From NCBI RefSeq assembly GCF_000315625.1, contig NW_005434547.1:91239-155238 (forward strand): a stretch of DNA of 64,000 nucleotides, given 5' to 3'. Shown here piece by piece: positions 63,657-64,000 of this stretch (its first letter is position 1; every line of letters begins with the position of its first letter). The notes beneath the pieces are model-generated. The model worked only from the letters and a program-made list of their open reading frames with translations, did not search any database and had not been told where the DNA came from. This stretch comes from Guillardia theta CCMP2712. Lineage: Eukaryota > Protista > Cryptophyta. A program made the translations under genes and the position numbers.

Positions 63657-63834
63657 TGTCAACATCATTGTCAACATAATTTCCATCTTCATCATAATCT
63701 CTATCATGGCTTATCTGACCTCGACTTGCCGAACGCATCCGCCACCCACTTGCTCAGAAGAACTCCAACCATGACAGGCAGCACATACTCGTACCCTCCC
63801 GTAACCTCGAACATCACGACGACAAGACAAACCT
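60733..63834 (-). CDS. CLC chloride channel/antiporter (CLC-3/4/5-like), 3' part with CBS domains; continues beyond the window
   Basis: [84 protein letters not shown]. Confidence 0.9.
62325..62418. repeat. (CAT)n microsatellite in a CLC intron
   Basis: Perfect trinucleotide array. Another lies at ~63584-63656. Confidence 0.95.
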
Positions 63835-64000
63835 GCTGGTCGTTAGCCTCCTCTTCTTCCTCTTCCTCCTTCCCTCCTCCACTCTCCTCTTTCTCCTCCC
63901 CTCCGTCCATCCGTCCCTCCGTCCCTCCGTCCCTCCGTCCCTCCGTCCCTCCGTCCCCTCCGTCCCTCCCTCCCTCCCTCCCCTCCCTCCCTCCCTCCCT

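Overview
Eukaryotic nuclear DNA with many introns and three N-gaps. The short GT-AG introns, CT/GA-microsatellite-filled introns, SAF-type bipartite plastid leader and RWP-RK factor suggest a secondary-plastid alga, most likely the cryptophyte Guillardia theta (inference). Recognisable genes: plastid ribosomal protein PSRP4/bTHX, Hsc70-interacting protein HIP, a mitochondrially targeted fused glutamine-dependent carbamoyl-phosphate synthetase, lipase maturation factor, a PA14-domain protein, a PDZ protein, an RWP-RK factor, a type I DnaJ, Cdc14 phosphatase and the 3' part of a CLC channel. Mobile-element remains: a Ty1/copia RNase H with part of the domain inverted, a TIR-bounded PIF/Harbinger deletion derivative, and a possible tyrosine-recombinase fragment. 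Two things are not explained by these features. (1) Eight intergenic GC-rich islands are built from a small vocabulary of short palindromic words. Four carry a conserved 35-bp AT-rich motif (TCCTCGTACTGATYTTTAACTKAACTTTGAGTAAA), some copies of which are split by short insertions. Most are flanked by dense ACCCC/GGGGT clusters, and two host transposon insertions. (2) Between two inverted copies of that motif lie four small intronless paralogous ORFs (LPPPxRF...RQxG motifs) arranged as two convergent pairs, one pair forming a ~344-bp near-perfect inverted repeat. Exon coordinates were read by eye and are approximate where stated.
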